Notes: a model not told the origin generated them from the sequence alone. 64,000 bases of DNA from Eledone cirrhosa (GCA_964016885.1 OZ024753.1:38564001-38628000); one strand, 5' to 3'; shown: positions 46,716 to 64,000, counted from the first letter of the stretch. Program-made: numbers and translations.

Positions 46716-47633
46716 CAAGTAACTGGTATACAAATTTCAAACAGCTATACATTCTAGAAAATATGGAAGGGAATTGATTTTAAATATCTCATAGAGAAAA
46801 TTGTTAAGGGGTAGAATGGTCTACTAAAATTAACGGGCAAATCTCAATGAAATAACAACCATCAAATAGATAAACCACAACACCTGGATATTTGGAACTT
46901 CAGGCTAGGCCAGCAGTGTCCATCTCTTACGTATCTCATTCTCCCACATCACATATTTTCAATTTACAACTCGGGAAGCTGATAAACCCAATTTTGACAC
47001 TCCATGCTCTGACTATACTAATACAATAACCAAACCTGCTCTTTCTACTACACAGATTATTATAATAATAATTATTATTAATAGTGTTGTTGTTGTTGCA
47101 GTAGTTGTTATAGCAAGAAGAAGAAATAAGATTTGGTAGACGGAGGAAGGTGAAAGGAAAATAATGGCGATGTTGCTGTTATGAAATAAGAAGAGAGAAA
47201 AGTGGAATAAAGTATAAAGTATTGTGAAAATTGTCAGTTAGAATAGACTGACTGCAAAACAACAAAATGGTGGCGACTATACATACTCGTACGGTCGGCC
47301 ATTTTAAATAAACTTCTGTTATGAATCTTCAACATTGGGAGAGGTATTGATCGCTCTACACATTGTGGTCTCTCTAACTTGTAACAATGCATGCAAAGTT
47401 TGTTTCTGCAATAGCAATTGTACCTGAATAAATATATGCAGGGTTTAATGAGCGTATGCCTCTGTAGAAGTGCATCAATCTATAAATAATAGCTTAATTA
47501 GTATGCATATAGGCTTGCAAGCAACCAAACGGACACAGTAAAATCATACATACACACACAAATATACATACTTTCACGCACAGGAACAAATACCACATAT
47601 ATACGTATATGTATGATATATATATATATATGC

Positions 47634-47799
<166 letters not shown>

Positions 47800-47887
47800 T
47801 ATATATACATATAGTATATATATATATACTATATATATGTATATATATACATAATATATATATATACATATGGATTCCCATATATAT

Positions 47888-47960
<73 letters not shown>

Positions 47961-48189
47961 TATATATATACATAATATATATATATACATATGGATTCAG
48001 ATATAGATATATACATATTTGTATGTGTATGCGTCAACGTTTCTAAGTGTGTATAGAGCCATATACATATATATTGTTTCACAGGAGAGTGTATTAATTT
48101 GCATTTGTCTACAGATAAGGTAAGAAGCAGGAGAATATATTTAAATAAGTGGCAAATTCTAAAGAAGAACAAGAAGGAGAAGGAGACGG

Positions 48190-48666
48190 AGAAGAAGAAG
48201 AAGAAGAAGAAGAAGAAGAAGAAGAAGAAGAAGAAGAAGAAGAAGAAGAGGAGAATGAGGAGGGGGAGGGGGAGACGAAGATGGATAATAATGATAATGA
48301 TATTAATAATAATAATAACAATAATAATGAGAAGAAGAAGAAGAAGAAGAAGAAGAAGAAGAAGAAGAAGAAGAAGAAGAAGAAGAAGAAGAAGAAGAAG
48401 AAGGAGGAGGCAAAGAAGAAGAAGAAGAAGAAGAAGAAGAAGAAGAAGAAGAAGAAGAAGGCAAAGAAGAAGAAGAAGGAGGCAAAGAAGAAGATGGAGG
48501 CAAAGAAGAAGAAGAAGGAGGCAAAGAAGAAGAAGAAAGAGGCAAAGAAGAAGAAGAAGAAGAAGAAGAAGAAGAAGAAGGAGGCAAAGAAGAAGAAGAA
48601 GAAGAAGAAGAAGAAGAAGAAGAAGAAGAAGAAGAAGAAGAAGAAGAAGAAGAAGAAGAAGAAGAA
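48190..48666. repeat. (GAA)n tract with recurrent GAGGCAAAG interruptions
   Basis: Direct inspection. Other long GAA/TTC tracts at 20222-20322, 40493-40620 and 41452-41565. Confidence 0.95.
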
Positions 48667-49140
48667 AGAGATTAAGATAAAGAAAAAGAAAAAAAATTGA
48701 CGACGAACGAAATGTATAGAGGAAAAAATCCAATTCATCTGAACTTAACAAGAACAAAATCCGAGTGGATATTTTCGGCGGCTGATCGACAGAAATGGCA
48801 GGAAAATAAAGAAAAGCTGTAGATGATTCGTTCTAAATGAGTCCAGGGGTAAACTGAAGATTAAAATGAGTTCAATGTTGTTGTAATCACTGTTTTTAAT
48901 CAGTGAAGTGTTGGTCCGTATGTGGGATAATATATTGTAATATTATGGAGATAGCTGGCTACTGATTTAACTAAACATTAATCATGATTATTTATATATT
49001 TTTATTGTTATTTGTAGTAGTATTAGTAGTAGTATTTGTAGTAGTAGTAGTAGTATTAGTATATTCCTGGCTTTGATAAACCGCAATAGCTTATACAGTG
49101 GATCCATTATATATATATATAATATACGCAAATGGCTAAC

Positions 49141-49247
<107 letters not shown>

Positions 49248-49254
49248 CACACAT

Positions 49255-49292
<38 letters not shown>

Positions 49293-49363
49293 GTGTATAC
49301 ACACACATATATATATATATATATATTGAATACATATAAAAATATCTCTATCAGAGATAACAT

Positions 49364-49528
<165 letters not shown>

Positions 49529-49791
49529 CACATACACATACACATAGACATATATATATATAAATATATATATATATATGTCTATGTGTATATAAATATA
49601 TATATAGCAATGATATGTCGGTATATTTATTATGGGAAAATTTGTATTGAGAATGACTTCAGAAAATGATAATCTGACATTTTATTAGAATATATTGTAA
49701 CGATTTCGAGGGATTGGAGCAAAAATGCCACTAGCATTCATTTTCATTTATATATGCATGTATCTGCTATAGTCTATATACATAATATATG

Positions 49792-50100
<309 letters not shown>

Positions 50101-50679
50101 CATAGTCTATTTTTACATATGTATATATATGTTAAAGTCTATTTCTGTATGTTTATATATATATATATGGATTAGTCTATTTTTATATATGCATATACAT
50201 ATATTATAACTTATTTTTATATATGCATATATGTACGTTACTGTCTATTATTATACATGTATATATGTATGATACAATCTATTTTTACATATGTATATAT
50301 GTATATTATAGCCTAGTTTTATTGATGTTTGAAAAAACGAAATTAATACCATTGTACCTTGGAAATATCAGACCAAAATGAAGGAATAGTCGTATACATA
50401 CATACATATATACACACATACATACATGCACACATTCATGCATACATACATATATATATAGGCATATACGTACATACATACATACATTCAGACAGACATA
50501 CATATAAACATACATACACACACAGACACACACACGCACATATATATATATATATAAGTATATATTTAGAAGGAAGTGTAAATTTAGATATTATATGAGG
50601 AATACCTACTACTCGTCATTACAACTAAATATACATACATATAGATGCACATACATATATACATACAGATGCACATATA

Positions 50680-51192
50680 CCTTTACATACATATAAACGT
50701 ATATATACACACAAACATACACAATTCATACAAATATACATAATACATATAAACATACATACATATAAACGTACATATACACACAAACGTACACAATTCA
50801 TACAAATATACATAATACATATAAACATACGTACATATAAACGTACATATACACACAAACGTACACAATTCATACAAATATACATAATACATATAAACAT
50901 ACGTACATATAAACGTACACAATTCATACAAATATACATAATACATATAAACATACGTACATATAAACGTACATATACACACAAACGCACACAATTCTTA
51001 CAAATATACATAATACTTATAAACATACATACATATAAACGTACATATACACACAAACGTACACAATTCTTACAAATATACATAATACATATAAACATAC
51101 GTACATATAAACATACATTCATAGGCATAAACACACGTACATATAAACATACACTCATAGGCATAAACATACGTACATATAAACATACATAA
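50680..51192. repeat. ~70-bp minisatellite (CACAATTCATACAAATATACATAATACATATAAAC...)
   Basis: About 6 periodic units. Confidence 0.9.
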
Positions 51193-53026
51193 AACATAGA
51201 GTTGTTGATAAATCGAGATATTGTCTAAGCAGAAATTCATGGCATACCACTGTTAGTCATTAAAATAGAAACTATTCGACATAATCATTTGATGAGAATT
51301 TTCAAAGCAGAGATCTTTGTATATTTTATTCTGATAGCGACACACTTGAATGTTTGTCTAGGAGAGAATAGGAATTATATAAAATATTTAAATATTAGTA
51401 AAATACTATCGGTGAGAAATAATTTTTGAAAGGAGAGGAAGGCGAAGAGAGGAGAGGAGGAAAAGAGGGGGAGATGAGAGGCAAGAAGAGGAGAGGAGGG
51501 GAAAGGATAAGAGAGAAGAGATGAGAGAAGAGGAGCGGAGAGAAGCGAGGAAAGTAGAGGAGAGGAGAGGAAAGGAAAGGAAAGGAGAAGAAGAGAGGAA
51601 AGGAAAGAAGAAGAGAGGAGAGGAGAGGAAAGGAAAGAAGAAGAGAGGAGAGGAGAAGAGAGGAGAGGTGTGGATAGGTGAATTGGGCTATTTTATTCAT
51701 TTCATTTTACCATAAATCTCTAATAATAACATGCAACTATTTTAATTTCACTATCTAATTCTTTAACATGTTCCAACATCCATATATGCATATACATTAG
51801 GTTGTCGTTTCATTTGAGGATGTTCGGTCGAAGCTTAGAAACTGAAAAGTCAATAATATATGGGTCAATGAAGAAAACAAAATAGGCTTAATGAGGAAGA
51901 CCAGTAAACTTTCAAGTTCATTTTAAAATTCACATTGAATGTCAAGAAAATCCGTGAGTAGATGGACATGAATATCAGAAGAGCATAAATAAATAATGAC
52001 TGGCTAATACTATGGTTGGCTGTTAAGAGCTATTTATGCACATGCAGATCATCTTTGAGGCAGATTTGAATGACTAAATAACAATTAGCGAAAATCGTCA
52101 ATCAGAAGGCTTTTCTCTATACAACGAAGTATTGGTGGAATTAGTCGGCAGACGACGAATCTTCTGAATAAAATTGTATACATTATACATGATTTTGTCG
52201 CTTGCTCTGACGTGGTCGTAGAAATAACTCGGCCTCTGGCGCCTACGCATGGCCTATTGGAAGGTTGGAAGAAATACATAGCCTACAGATTTAACACTAC
52301 CGACATATTATCTGTTTCTGATTTTACTTTGCTCTCCTCATAAAAACGTTTGAAATACTGGAGAGAACATCTAGCTTGTTCTAGTCGCCATATTGGAACT
52401 TATAAAGCCAACTTGATTATTGATATTTTTCAAAGACTATGACTTTTCATGAAGGAATCCTTTCGTTTTTTTTGTTTAAATTTGGTTTCTCTTTCCTTTC
52501 GAGAACAGCAAAAACAACAAAAAAAAAGATTATCCCCCCCCCCCTCAAACAACAACAAAAACCAGCAAAAAGCAAAGCAACAACAACAACAACAACAACA
52601 ACAGCAACAAAGAATACCAATAATTTGAAAACAACAGCTGATGTTACAGATGAGATGATATTCAACCCTGGATATCAAGATGCAAAGATCCAGGAGAATC
52701 CATCATTTTTCGGTTTACAGTCGGGACAGTATGATATAATTCTTCAGCCAGGCGTCACAACTCTATTATATAATGTACAATGATTTATTCTGCCCTATAA
52801 TCTTCATATGATATTAACCGGGTATATACATACACACACACATATATATACATATATACATACACACATATATATACATGCACACATACACACACACACT
52901 CATATATATATATATATATATATATATGTACGTACGTACATTCATACATATATGCACACACACACAAACATATATATATAAATATATATGTATATATGTG
53001 TGTATATATATATATGCATATATATA

Positions 53027-53073
<47 letters not shown>

Positions 53074-53460
53074 GGAAGATCATATGGCTGCTGTCTGAAA
53101 CCCTTACCACAGAAATTGCCTTTACGAAAACATGGATATATTATTTCGATCACTGGAGGATATACACACTAGTGTCTTATTACATAAAGACCAACAGGAT
53201 ACTGTATGGAATGTAACCCAAAGTAGCCCACTACTCGGAGTTTACCTACCACATTGTCTTACAATGACTGGATAAATATGGATATGATAGTTATTATTTA
53301 ACTAGCACGTGGAGTTAACAGTTGTAGATTTCTCAATGATAGACCAGGTTGGTATACGGTGGGAGTCTTTGCTTTGTTTCACTATATACTGACACACACA
53401 CATACACACACACATACACACACCCATACACACACACACTCACGCAGACATAAGCACATT

Positions 53461-53495
<35 letters not shown>

Positions 53496-53578
53496 ACATA
53501 AACACATACACACGCCCTCATTCCCATATAAATATATATGAATGTGTGTGTTTGTAAGTATATATATATATGTATATG

Positions 53579-53663
<85 letters not shown>

Positions 53664-54068
53664 ATAAATATATATATATGCACGAAATCTCATGTCCAGG
53701 TGGAAGGTGACGACAAAATTATATGTTTTTTGTTCGTTTCTCTTCCGTACCCCTGTTCTTTATGCAACTTTGCTAACACTCGCATACACACACACACACG
53801 CATATATATATATATATATATGCACACACACTTATATATATGTATATATATATATATATTAAGACATGTAGCTACATGTGTATGCGATTATTCGTATTCT
53901 TCTCTGTATATGAACTTTAGTATACGCGCGCGCGCAGTGTGTCTGTGTGTGTGTGTGTGTGTGCGCGTGTGTCTGTGTGTGATTATCTATCTTTGTATCT
54001 ATTTAACTCTGTTCTCAATCTCTTGCTAATGCTCTCCTATTTATTTGTATATCTGTCTGTCTGTCACT

Positions 54069-54121
<53 letters not shown>

Positions 54122-54244
54122 TCCCTCTCTCTTTCTTTCTTTCTTGTTGAATACAGGTGTGCCTCCGTATAGCAATTAAATTTGGGTGAAAAAATGTGTT
54201 GTATATAATGCTTTAGTTATCTCTATATACTTGTCATTATCGTT

Positions 54245-54418
54245 AATCGGTAGAGGGTCGGACGCCATGCTTTCCAGCATAGTTACGTCCCTTTACGATC
54301 TGAGTTCAAATCCCGTCGAGGTTGACTTTGCCTTTCAATCCTTACGGGGTCGATAAAATAAAGTACCAGTAATGTACTGGGTTATTGCTGGCCTTGACCC
54401 AAAAGTAGAAACAATTAT
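54245..54418 (+). mobile_element. SINE family 1
   Basis: High similarity to 34708-34897. Confidence 0.88.
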
Positions 54419-54474
54419 CTTTATGCTATATATACAACCTGGGGTGTAATAACGCCTTGAAAATGCTCGTGTCT

Positions 54475-54600
54475 TTGTAGTTAGTGTGTTGGGCTCACGT
54501 TCGTGAGTTCATCAGTTCGATTCTTCGTGGCGTGTTTGTCTTTGAACAAAACTCTTCCTTTTCTTCAGATTGCTCCAGTTCACTCAGCTGGAAAAAAAGT
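54475..54600 (+). mobile_element. SINE family 2 head (degenerate)
   Basis: AGTTCGATTC B box, TTGAACAAAACTCTT, TTGCTCCAGTTCACTCAGCTGG. Confidence 0.6.
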
Positions 54601-55806
54601 AAATTATAGCTGTAACACAAAAGCCCAGAACACAGGTTTAAATGTTCAATACACACCATGTGTAGGGAAGGCGCTCCTTTGACTCTTTACAATGTTAAGT
54701 GCCCACTGTTTTCTTTCTTGTAAACAACAACAACAACAAAAGCACGGATCCTAAGGATTACCATTGACCTCTCCTTTAGCAATTGACCTCTACATTGACC
54801 TCTACATAGCAATTGCTTTGCCTATATAAGGAATTACTCTTTTGTATAAGGAATTACTCTTTTGTTAGTATTTGTTTGTACAAAATAGGTGTAGGCTTGT
54901 GAAGGCACGTGGCTAAGTGTTTGGCTAACGATCGCGAGTTCGATACTCGTTGGGTCGTTGCTACAAAACGTGTTTTACCGCCAAGCTTAAACATGTCCAA
55001 GAAACGCCGTATGCCACTACGACGCCACTACAACTCCATCAGGAGTTACGGGACCGCACCATGCCATACCATATCATTTAAATTGAAATCTTCCAACATA
55101 TTTTCATATTTTCACGGAGGGAAGAGCATTGGCCATGACACATTTCAGCACCTCCTTGAATGGTGTGACAGAGGGAAAGAAGGAGGAAGGTATCCTTAAA
55201 CCGGAAACGCAGTGCCAAGTGGACTTTGCTAAAGGTACCCCAGAGCCAGGCCCGGGTATTCAACCAAGTGAGATATTAAGTCTAACCCTCCTCCTCTACC
55301 ACCACCACTATTGATCAGAGGTTTGCTGGATCAGGTTGACTCGAATTTAAACAAAAAAGCTGCCATAACAGCAAAACGATCAACAACTTCGGTCTTGTTT
55401 TGTTTTTACTTTCATTTAATTTTATAAATAGAAATTTAAAAAAAAATATGATAGAAAAATGCATTGATAATTAAACTATAATTGATCAAGGAATTCATTA
55501 AAATTAATTTACATAAAGATAAAGAAGTGAAAAAATAAAACATTAAGAAGGAAAAATGGTACTTGCTATTTTATGACATTTATGCAAAAATAAAATGAAA
55601 TAAATTGTGTTCTAATGCGACAGGTTGCCGTTATTTCTTGTAACATTCGCTGGATATCTTGGACTAAAAAATACATATAATGATTGCCATATATTAATAA
55701 CTTCACACTTTGCCATTAACGCATTTAATACTGATTTCTGATACAAAAAAGCGGCGATTTTGGAAGGGAGAGGGGCATTGATTCAATCTACCCCAATACT
55801 TTACTG

Positions 55807-56060
55807 TGAAGGCGCATGGGTTAGTGGTTAGAGCATTGGGCTTGCAATCGAAAGGTTGTGAGTTCAATTCTCGGACCAGGTAATATGTTGTTTCCTTGAG
55901 CAAGACACTTTATTTCACGTTGCTTCAATTTACTCAGCTGTAGAAATGAGATGATAGGACTAGGGTCCCTATCATTAAATTACCAAAGACACCTTCAACG
56001 AGATATACCTTGGAGGAGGCCAGCTAAACCAGCATAGGTGTGAGCTGTCACACACACACA
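55807..56060 (+). mobile_element. SINE family 2 with (CA)n tail and 13-bp target-site duplication, nested in a minus-strand family 1 SINE
   Basis: A box GGGTTAGTGG, B box AGTTCAATTC. TSD CAATACTTTACTG at 55794-55806 and 56061-56073. Confidence 0.85.
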
Positions 56061-56185
56061 CAATACTTTACTGGTACTATATTTTATCGATCTTAAAAGA
56101 TTACAGTTTATTACAAATTTGTATAATTAACTCCAATATATAATAAATTTTACGATCAATAAATAAATCACTAAACATCTTTGTT

Positions 56186-56495
56186 TATGATGATGATGAT
56201 TTTGATGATGATGATTTTGATAATGATGATTTTGATGATGATGATTTTGATGATGATGATTATAATGATGATAATTATGATGATAATGATTATGATGATG
56301 ATGATTTTGATGATGATGGTTATGATGATGATTTTGATGATGATTTTGATGATGATGATTATGATGATGATGATTTTGATGATGATTTTGATGATGATGT
56401 TGAGGACGACGACGACAACGACAACGATGATGATGATGATGATGATGTTGACGATGTTTATAATGATGATGATGATGATGATGATGATAGTGATA
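56186..56495. repeat. (ATG)n tract with 15-bp higher-order unit TTTTGATGATGATGA
   Basis: Direct inspection. Confidence 0.9.
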
Positions 56496-56679
56496 GTGGT
56501 GGAGAAATCCTGATATAGATCTCATTATATCTCAGATACACAAGTTTACAAGTTTATCTATCTTATATAGCAATAGCCCTTGTCTTGTCTTGTCTCAACT
56601 TTGCTGCCAACCAACAAACAAACAAGCAAACACAAACAAACAAACAAACAAACAAACAAACAAAGAGACAAACAAACAG

Positions 56680-56860
56680 ACTGCGCATGCGTATTTAGTT
56701 TAGTGGTAGAAGTGGCAGATAGATCTGCTCTGTTAAAGACAAATCCCTAAACAACTCACACTGTCTGGACCAGCATCTGTTGACGATATAAACTGGCGCC
56801 ATTTGAAATTCCAGCGTCTGCGCAGTCGCGACGTGGCCATTTGGGAAGGTCAACTGGCGA
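56680..56860. promoter_or_regulatory. Candidate promoter-like CpG-rich segment
   Basis: NRF1-like TGCGCATGCG (56682-56691), TATAAA, two YY1-like GCCATTT motifs and local CpG enrichment. Motif evidence only. Confidence 0.25.
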
Positions 56861-57340
56861 GGAGACTCTAATCGTACAAAAATAACAAAAACAATAACAA
56901 CAACAACAACAACAACAACAACAGCAACACTCCGTTTAGCTCGCGACGAACTAAAGTTGATTCTGATGGTTGGAAGTGATACAGGCAACAACCAATATCC
57001 AACAGAAGGTTTGAGTCATATCAACAACCCCGAGAATCATCAGTCTTCCCTTCTTCCATTTTCCTTCCCCTTCTCCATCTTCTCTCACCATTTCTCTCTA
57101 TTTTCGCCCCTCCTCCCGCCATCCTTTCTTTCTTTTCTTGTCCCCCCCCTCCTCCCTCTCTCTTCTTATCTTATTTTCTTTTTCTTTTTCTACTTTCACT
57201 TTCTGTTAGTCATTTTGTTTGTTTTTTTTTCCGATTTATTTTGCGATTTATTATTATTATTATTATTTTTTTTTTTTTCAATTCTCGACTTTTCTATTTC
57301 TCTATACAGTCAGTTATTTCTTTTTCATCTCGTGTGTGTG

Positions 57341-57393
<53 letters not shown>

Positions 57394-57513
57394 GCATATA
57401 TATATTCATATATATGGGTATGTATATATGTATATATATATATATATATACACATGCATATATATATTCATATATATGCGTATGTATATATATATGTGTG
57501 TGTGTGTGTGTAT

Positions 57514-57566
<53 letters not shown>

Positions 57567-57621
57567 CATATATATATAACGGATATATAGATATACACAC
57601 GCATACACACACACACACACA

Positions 57622-57692
<71 letters not shown>

Positions 57693-58068
57693 ACACATAT
57701 ATATATATATATATATAATATTTCTGTCGGTCTGTTTCTCTAAGAGGAACGGTTTGTTGAGGGTGTGTATGTGTGGGCTTCATCCGGTTACAAATTACTC
57801 TAATTAATCGAGTCCTGTCATCTTATCGTAGTAGCAGCACACAGCACATGGAGGTCGAAAGGCGACCGAAAGAAAAGTTCAATGACAGTTGAAGACCTTT
57901 TCTAATATCTGCGTGTGTTCGGTGTCACAGTAGTTCAGCTTTGCCACAGAGATCGTCGCCATGTTTAGATATGGCTGCCAACTTAGCCACAGATGCCTGT
58001 CATATTATTATTATTATTATCATCATCATCATCATCATCATCGTCATTATTATTATTATTATTATTAC

Positions 58069-58108
<40 letters not shown>

Positions 58109-58479
58109 TCATCAGATATAGAATGGAATTTGCATCAATTTTTTTTCTTAATTATCTTCTATATTTTCGCATTTTTTTTTAAAATTTTATTTTGAAAATT
58201 TCATAGTGGTGAATTTATTATTATTGGACTTCGATTAAAATAAAATTAACCAGAAAACAACAAAACCCACTCCTAAAAACTAACAAAATAATATTGGTTT
58301 ATTTTTAACTAGACACAAAAATGTTACACTTTAGGGAAAAGTGAGAGTTAGAATATTTTAATGTCCATGTGTCTATCCCACGAGATTAGAGACTTCATCA
58401 GTGAAATAAAGATGCGTCAACGGTCAAACAGAAACCCGTATTACCGTTTCATCCATGCCTGATAGTCTGGAATGGACCT

Positions 58480-58930
58480 CAGGCTGTTTCGACGTTGAGT
58501 GTCCCACTTGTTCTATCAATGGAAGAGTTTACTCATGAAATTAACATCAAAGTGATTGAGTATTCCACAGACATATGTAAAAATATCTGTCTGAAGCCCA
58601 GAGGTTCACCAGGCCGGTGCTTGTCCCAGTTTCTGTAGCGTGTAGCGATTGAGAATACAAGACTCTCCCCTCCCTAGGGCAGAACGCCAGTCCATCTCTG
58701 GGTTAAACTCTATTACTGGTACTCATTTTCAGTGCTGTAAATCGGAGCAACGTGAAATGAAGTGCTTTGCTCAAGAATACAACACACAACACAGAACACA
58801 GTCTAGGAATCGAACCCACGACATTATGGTCGTAAGTCCAACACGTTTATCACATTAGCCCTTAAGCGGATTTTGAGAAAGATTCAGCATAACACACTGC
58901 GTGATGTAGTTGACCCTTTGAATTACTAGA
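58480..58930 (-). mobile_element. SINE family 2 body interrupted by another tRNA-headed SINE (~58580-58858)
   Basis: Body matching 22700-22910 breaks after CACAGACATATGTA and resumes at CCCTTAAG. The insert has GAATCGAACCC (reverse B box) and GCTCAAGAATACAAC. Confidence 0.6.
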
Positions 58931-59661
58931 TAGTCCGTTGAATTGGAAGGATGAATTGTAACGCCTTTAACGGAAATTAAGGTATTGAGATATGAAACAA
59001 ACAAACCTGAATTCAAATCTCGTTGAAACAAACAAAACGTTTGTTTCAAAGAGATTTGAACTCAGAACCTTAGTAAATATCATTAAGTATATCCAGACAC
59101 ACTATTGTTTTTAGTACTACCAAACTTCTAATAATAACAAATACGAGAGTATCGCACAGTTGAAATGTTACATTTCAACTGATTTCCATGTCTGATTGCC
59201 ATAATTAAAGCTGCACGTTTATTAATGAGAGAACTACAATTTATAGTTAGACTTATTTTGGCGGGAAGCCAAGGTGTTAAATATACTTTGAACGAAATTA
59301 TTGCCGCTGCTTTCCATAGATTGATTGATAATCGATACATAACTAGATATTAATTGAGCATCTCGAAATCATAAGAGGGATGAATGTAAAAATAATTTTC
59401 CTTTGCTGTGACATTGTAAGCCTTTAATGATTATGGATATTGGAGCTGAGCCACAAAATTTGAAAGGGAAGTAATATTGTAAAATTCAAATGACCCCAGT
59501 AATTTACTGGTATTAATCTACCTTAGTGCACCTGGAAAGGTAAAAAGTCAAAAACGAGTCCAGTATAATTAAATCTTCGAACATAGAGAGTCAAAGATCT
59601 GTATATATTGGGAAATTCCTGCTCTGTTGTTTGCGATACTATATTTTGTCTGTATACGTAA

Positions 59662-59758
<97 letters not shown>

Positions 59759-59759
<1 letters not shown>

Positions 59760-59994
59760 AGTTTGAGGAAAAAGAGGAAGAGAGGAAGGGAGTACTCACG
59801 CTTGGTGTTCCTGGAGATGAGGGTGGTACATTTTTTCGGGGTGTGTACAACCCCTGTGTAACACCTCCCCCCTATTGGGGATATCAATTGTTATTTGTTA
59901 TTTTATTAATAGTTTTATTTTCATATACCTGTATGTAAACTCCCTATTTGTATTTGTCCCATTTTTTTATGCCCTTGTGGCTAATAAAGAAATT
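59759..59994 (+). mobile_element. 3' end of a LINE (Tx1/L1-like) within an (ATCT)n microsatellite
   Basis: Ends GCCCTTGTGGCTAATAAAGAAATT (polyA signal), with (TATC)n on both flanks. Clade assignment is from recall only. Confidence 0.45.
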
Positions 59995-60112
59995 TATCTA
60001 TCTATCTATCTGTCTATCTATCTATTTACCTATCAATCTATCTATCTGTCTGTCTGTCAATCTATCTATCTCTCACTTTCTATCTATCTATCTATATATT
60101 TGTCTTCCTCGT

Positions 60113-60215
<103 letters not shown>

Positions 60216-60792
60216 AAAAATGGAGTGCTGCGTGGTTGCACATGGGTTACATATGAATAAAATTAGTCCTTCATCAGTGATCTTCCAACATTCATTGGAA
60301 TTTCATCGCTTTAAAAATCATATACCTCTGGTTGATGCGAGCAATAACAAAATAAAGTTATTGACACAAGTAAAATAGCGTGAAGCGAGCGAGGCATGTA
60401 AAAAACAAAGATGGTATTGCAACGGAAAGATAGGAAGAGACAAGTACATGATATCTATAAGCTTAAGCTTGGTGAATTCATGGAGGAGAGATACAGACCA
60501 TCCGACATGGGTGGGATGTGAGCGAGAAAAGGATTTCTCACAGTCAAACGGGAGGAAGTGAGAGAGGGGGAGAAGCAGAGAGTGGAAGTGTGAGGAAGAG
60601 GCCAGCCGAGAGAGAGTGTGACTGGCAGAGGGGATAAATAGAAAGTGAGAGATACAGAGAGAGGGGAAGCAGTAAGAAAGAAACAGACAATCGCAGCTGA
60701 GGAAAAAATATAAATATAAGAAAAATGGAGTGCTGCGTGGGTGTACATGGGTTACATATGAATAAAATTAGTCCTTCATCAGTGATCTTCCA

Positions 60793-60927
<135 letters not shown>

Positions 60928-60938
60928 CACACACACAC

Positions 60939-62317
<1,379 letters not shown>

Positions 62318-62333
62318 TAAAATAACAGATTAA

Positions 62334-62384
62334 AGTTTAAGCAAAGAATCGCTGCTTTCACCCTTAACGGGATCTTCTGAAACT
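62334..62384 (-). ncRNA. Hammerhead-fold RNA with variant core CAGAAGA (second copy)
   Basis: Identical to 44151-44201 including the downstream TTAATCTGTTATTTTAATAAAT. Fragments of the family also occur at 11264-11380. Confidence 0.65.
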
Positions 62385-62440
62385 AAACTGAAATTGAAGA
62401 CTAAAATTTGGATTTTAGTCTTCAATTTTATTATTATTAC

Positions 62441-62521
<81 letters not shown>

Positions 62522-62618
62522 CTTGCTGTACCTGGCGACAAAATTATAATAGTTATTTGAGTCTCTTTCTATATAATATAAACACACAGACATACACACA
62601 CACATATATATATTATAC

Positions 62619-62668
<50 letters not shown>

Positions 62669-62819
62669 ATACACTCACTCCATACATTAATATATTATCT
62701 AATATAAATATGATAGACATATATATATATACATATTTATATATGCATACTCATATACATGTATCTATATCTATCTATCTGACTATGTTTCACTCTTATA
62801 TAAATGTCTCTCTCTCTCT

Positions 62820-62868
<49 letters not shown>

Positions 62869-63552
62869 GTATGTATATATATATATATATATATATATGT
62901 ATCAATGAGCCCCATGATATTAAATCTAACGTATTTATAGCTCATAGATTACACTACACAAGTCTCCCTCCCTCCTTTCCTCCACATGATAGCTGAAATC
63001 ATGAACTAACAACTTTGATTCACATTCAACTAAACGGTGTTGGTGGTGATGGTGTTGTTGTTGTTGGTGCTGGTTCATCGTATTCCCCTCTTGAATATAT
63101 CTCTCGTAAACGTAGAGATCTATTAATTCATCTCTAATAGAGAATAGTAGCCTGCTGTTTGTATTAAATGTCAGACTTATGATGGTAGAGGAGTGAAGTG
63201 TGTATATTAGAAGAGCAGACACTTATAAAGAGTGGTATGTTTAAAATATTTATTTCTTGGCTGGAAATGATATTAACGCTGCAAATCTCTCTAACGTTCT
63301 GTGGTCGGTGTGGAAATATACATACAACAGTGTGACACCGAGATGAAGCAAATATTTTATTTTATTTTATTTTATTTTGTTATTTGAAGGCGTGCTGTTT
63401 ATTACAGCCAAATATATGCTATTTATTCCGTTATACTTGGAGACTGACTAAATTAGCAGGTGTACACACTGTCCACTGAAATTGTGTATGTGTGTGATTT
63501 TGTTTTTCAATGATGACATTGCTTGTGATACCATCCCTGTGACATGACGAGG

Positions 63553-63594
<42 letters not shown>

Positions 63595-63675
63595 GGAGAG
63601 AGAGAGAGAGAAAAGAGGTATTTACTGGTTGGTGTAAGGAGATAGTGAAATAGAGGAAAAACTCAATGAATGTCA

Positions 63676-63806
<131 letters not shown>

Positions 63807-63943
63807 GTCCGAGATAAAGGTAAAGAGAGACATAGTGAAATAAATAGAGTGAGATAAATATAGATAGATAGACAGATAGATAGATACACGCACATACATA
63901 CACACACACACACACATACACACACAGATACACAGAGTGAGAC

Positions 63944-63984
<41 letters not shown>

Positions 63985-64000
63985 GACAGAGAGAGACAGA

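Noticed and set aside
52439-52783. 114-aa ORF with a complex C-terminal half
   Set aside because: No recognisable domain or convincing splice sites, and the N-terminus is simple repeat.
55807-55880. tRNA gene
   Set aside because: Cloverleaf is degenerate and continues into a SINE body with tail and TSD.
62935-63222. 95-aa minus ORF with a Q/H run
   Set aside because: No recognisable homology or clear donor site. It cannot be excluded without RNA-seq.

Overview
This is AT-rich, microsatellite-saturated eukaryotic non-coding DNA with a 200-N assembly gap at 17512-17711. The repeat repertoire points to an octopus or other coleoid cephalopod (inferred): (TA)n/(CA)n/(GA)n/(GAA)n tracts, three tRNA-derived SINE families, mariner- and piggyBac-type relics and a TAA-flanked Dong/R4-type LINE. 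No host protein-coding gene can be supported. Nearly all tracked ORFs are microsatellite translations, and the only clear coding remnant is a 5'-truncated RLE-type retrotransposon (4856-5797, minus). The main hidden signal is a dense population of type I hammerhead ribozymes (CUGAnGA...GAAA...UH with base-paired stems). There are about 10 with intact cores, 2 identical CAGAAGA core variants, and about 10 decayed or half copies, from at least 8 unrelated short repeat families. Almost all lie in or beside (TA)n tracts, and many are built as fold-back (inverted) dimers. This fits non-autonomous Penelope-like/retrozyme elements. Several hammerheads have unusual features: a U.U pair at the base of stem II, an (AU)4 stem III, and a ~19-bp 5'-flank/loop-II pairing. 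All structures were parsed by eye and activity is untested.
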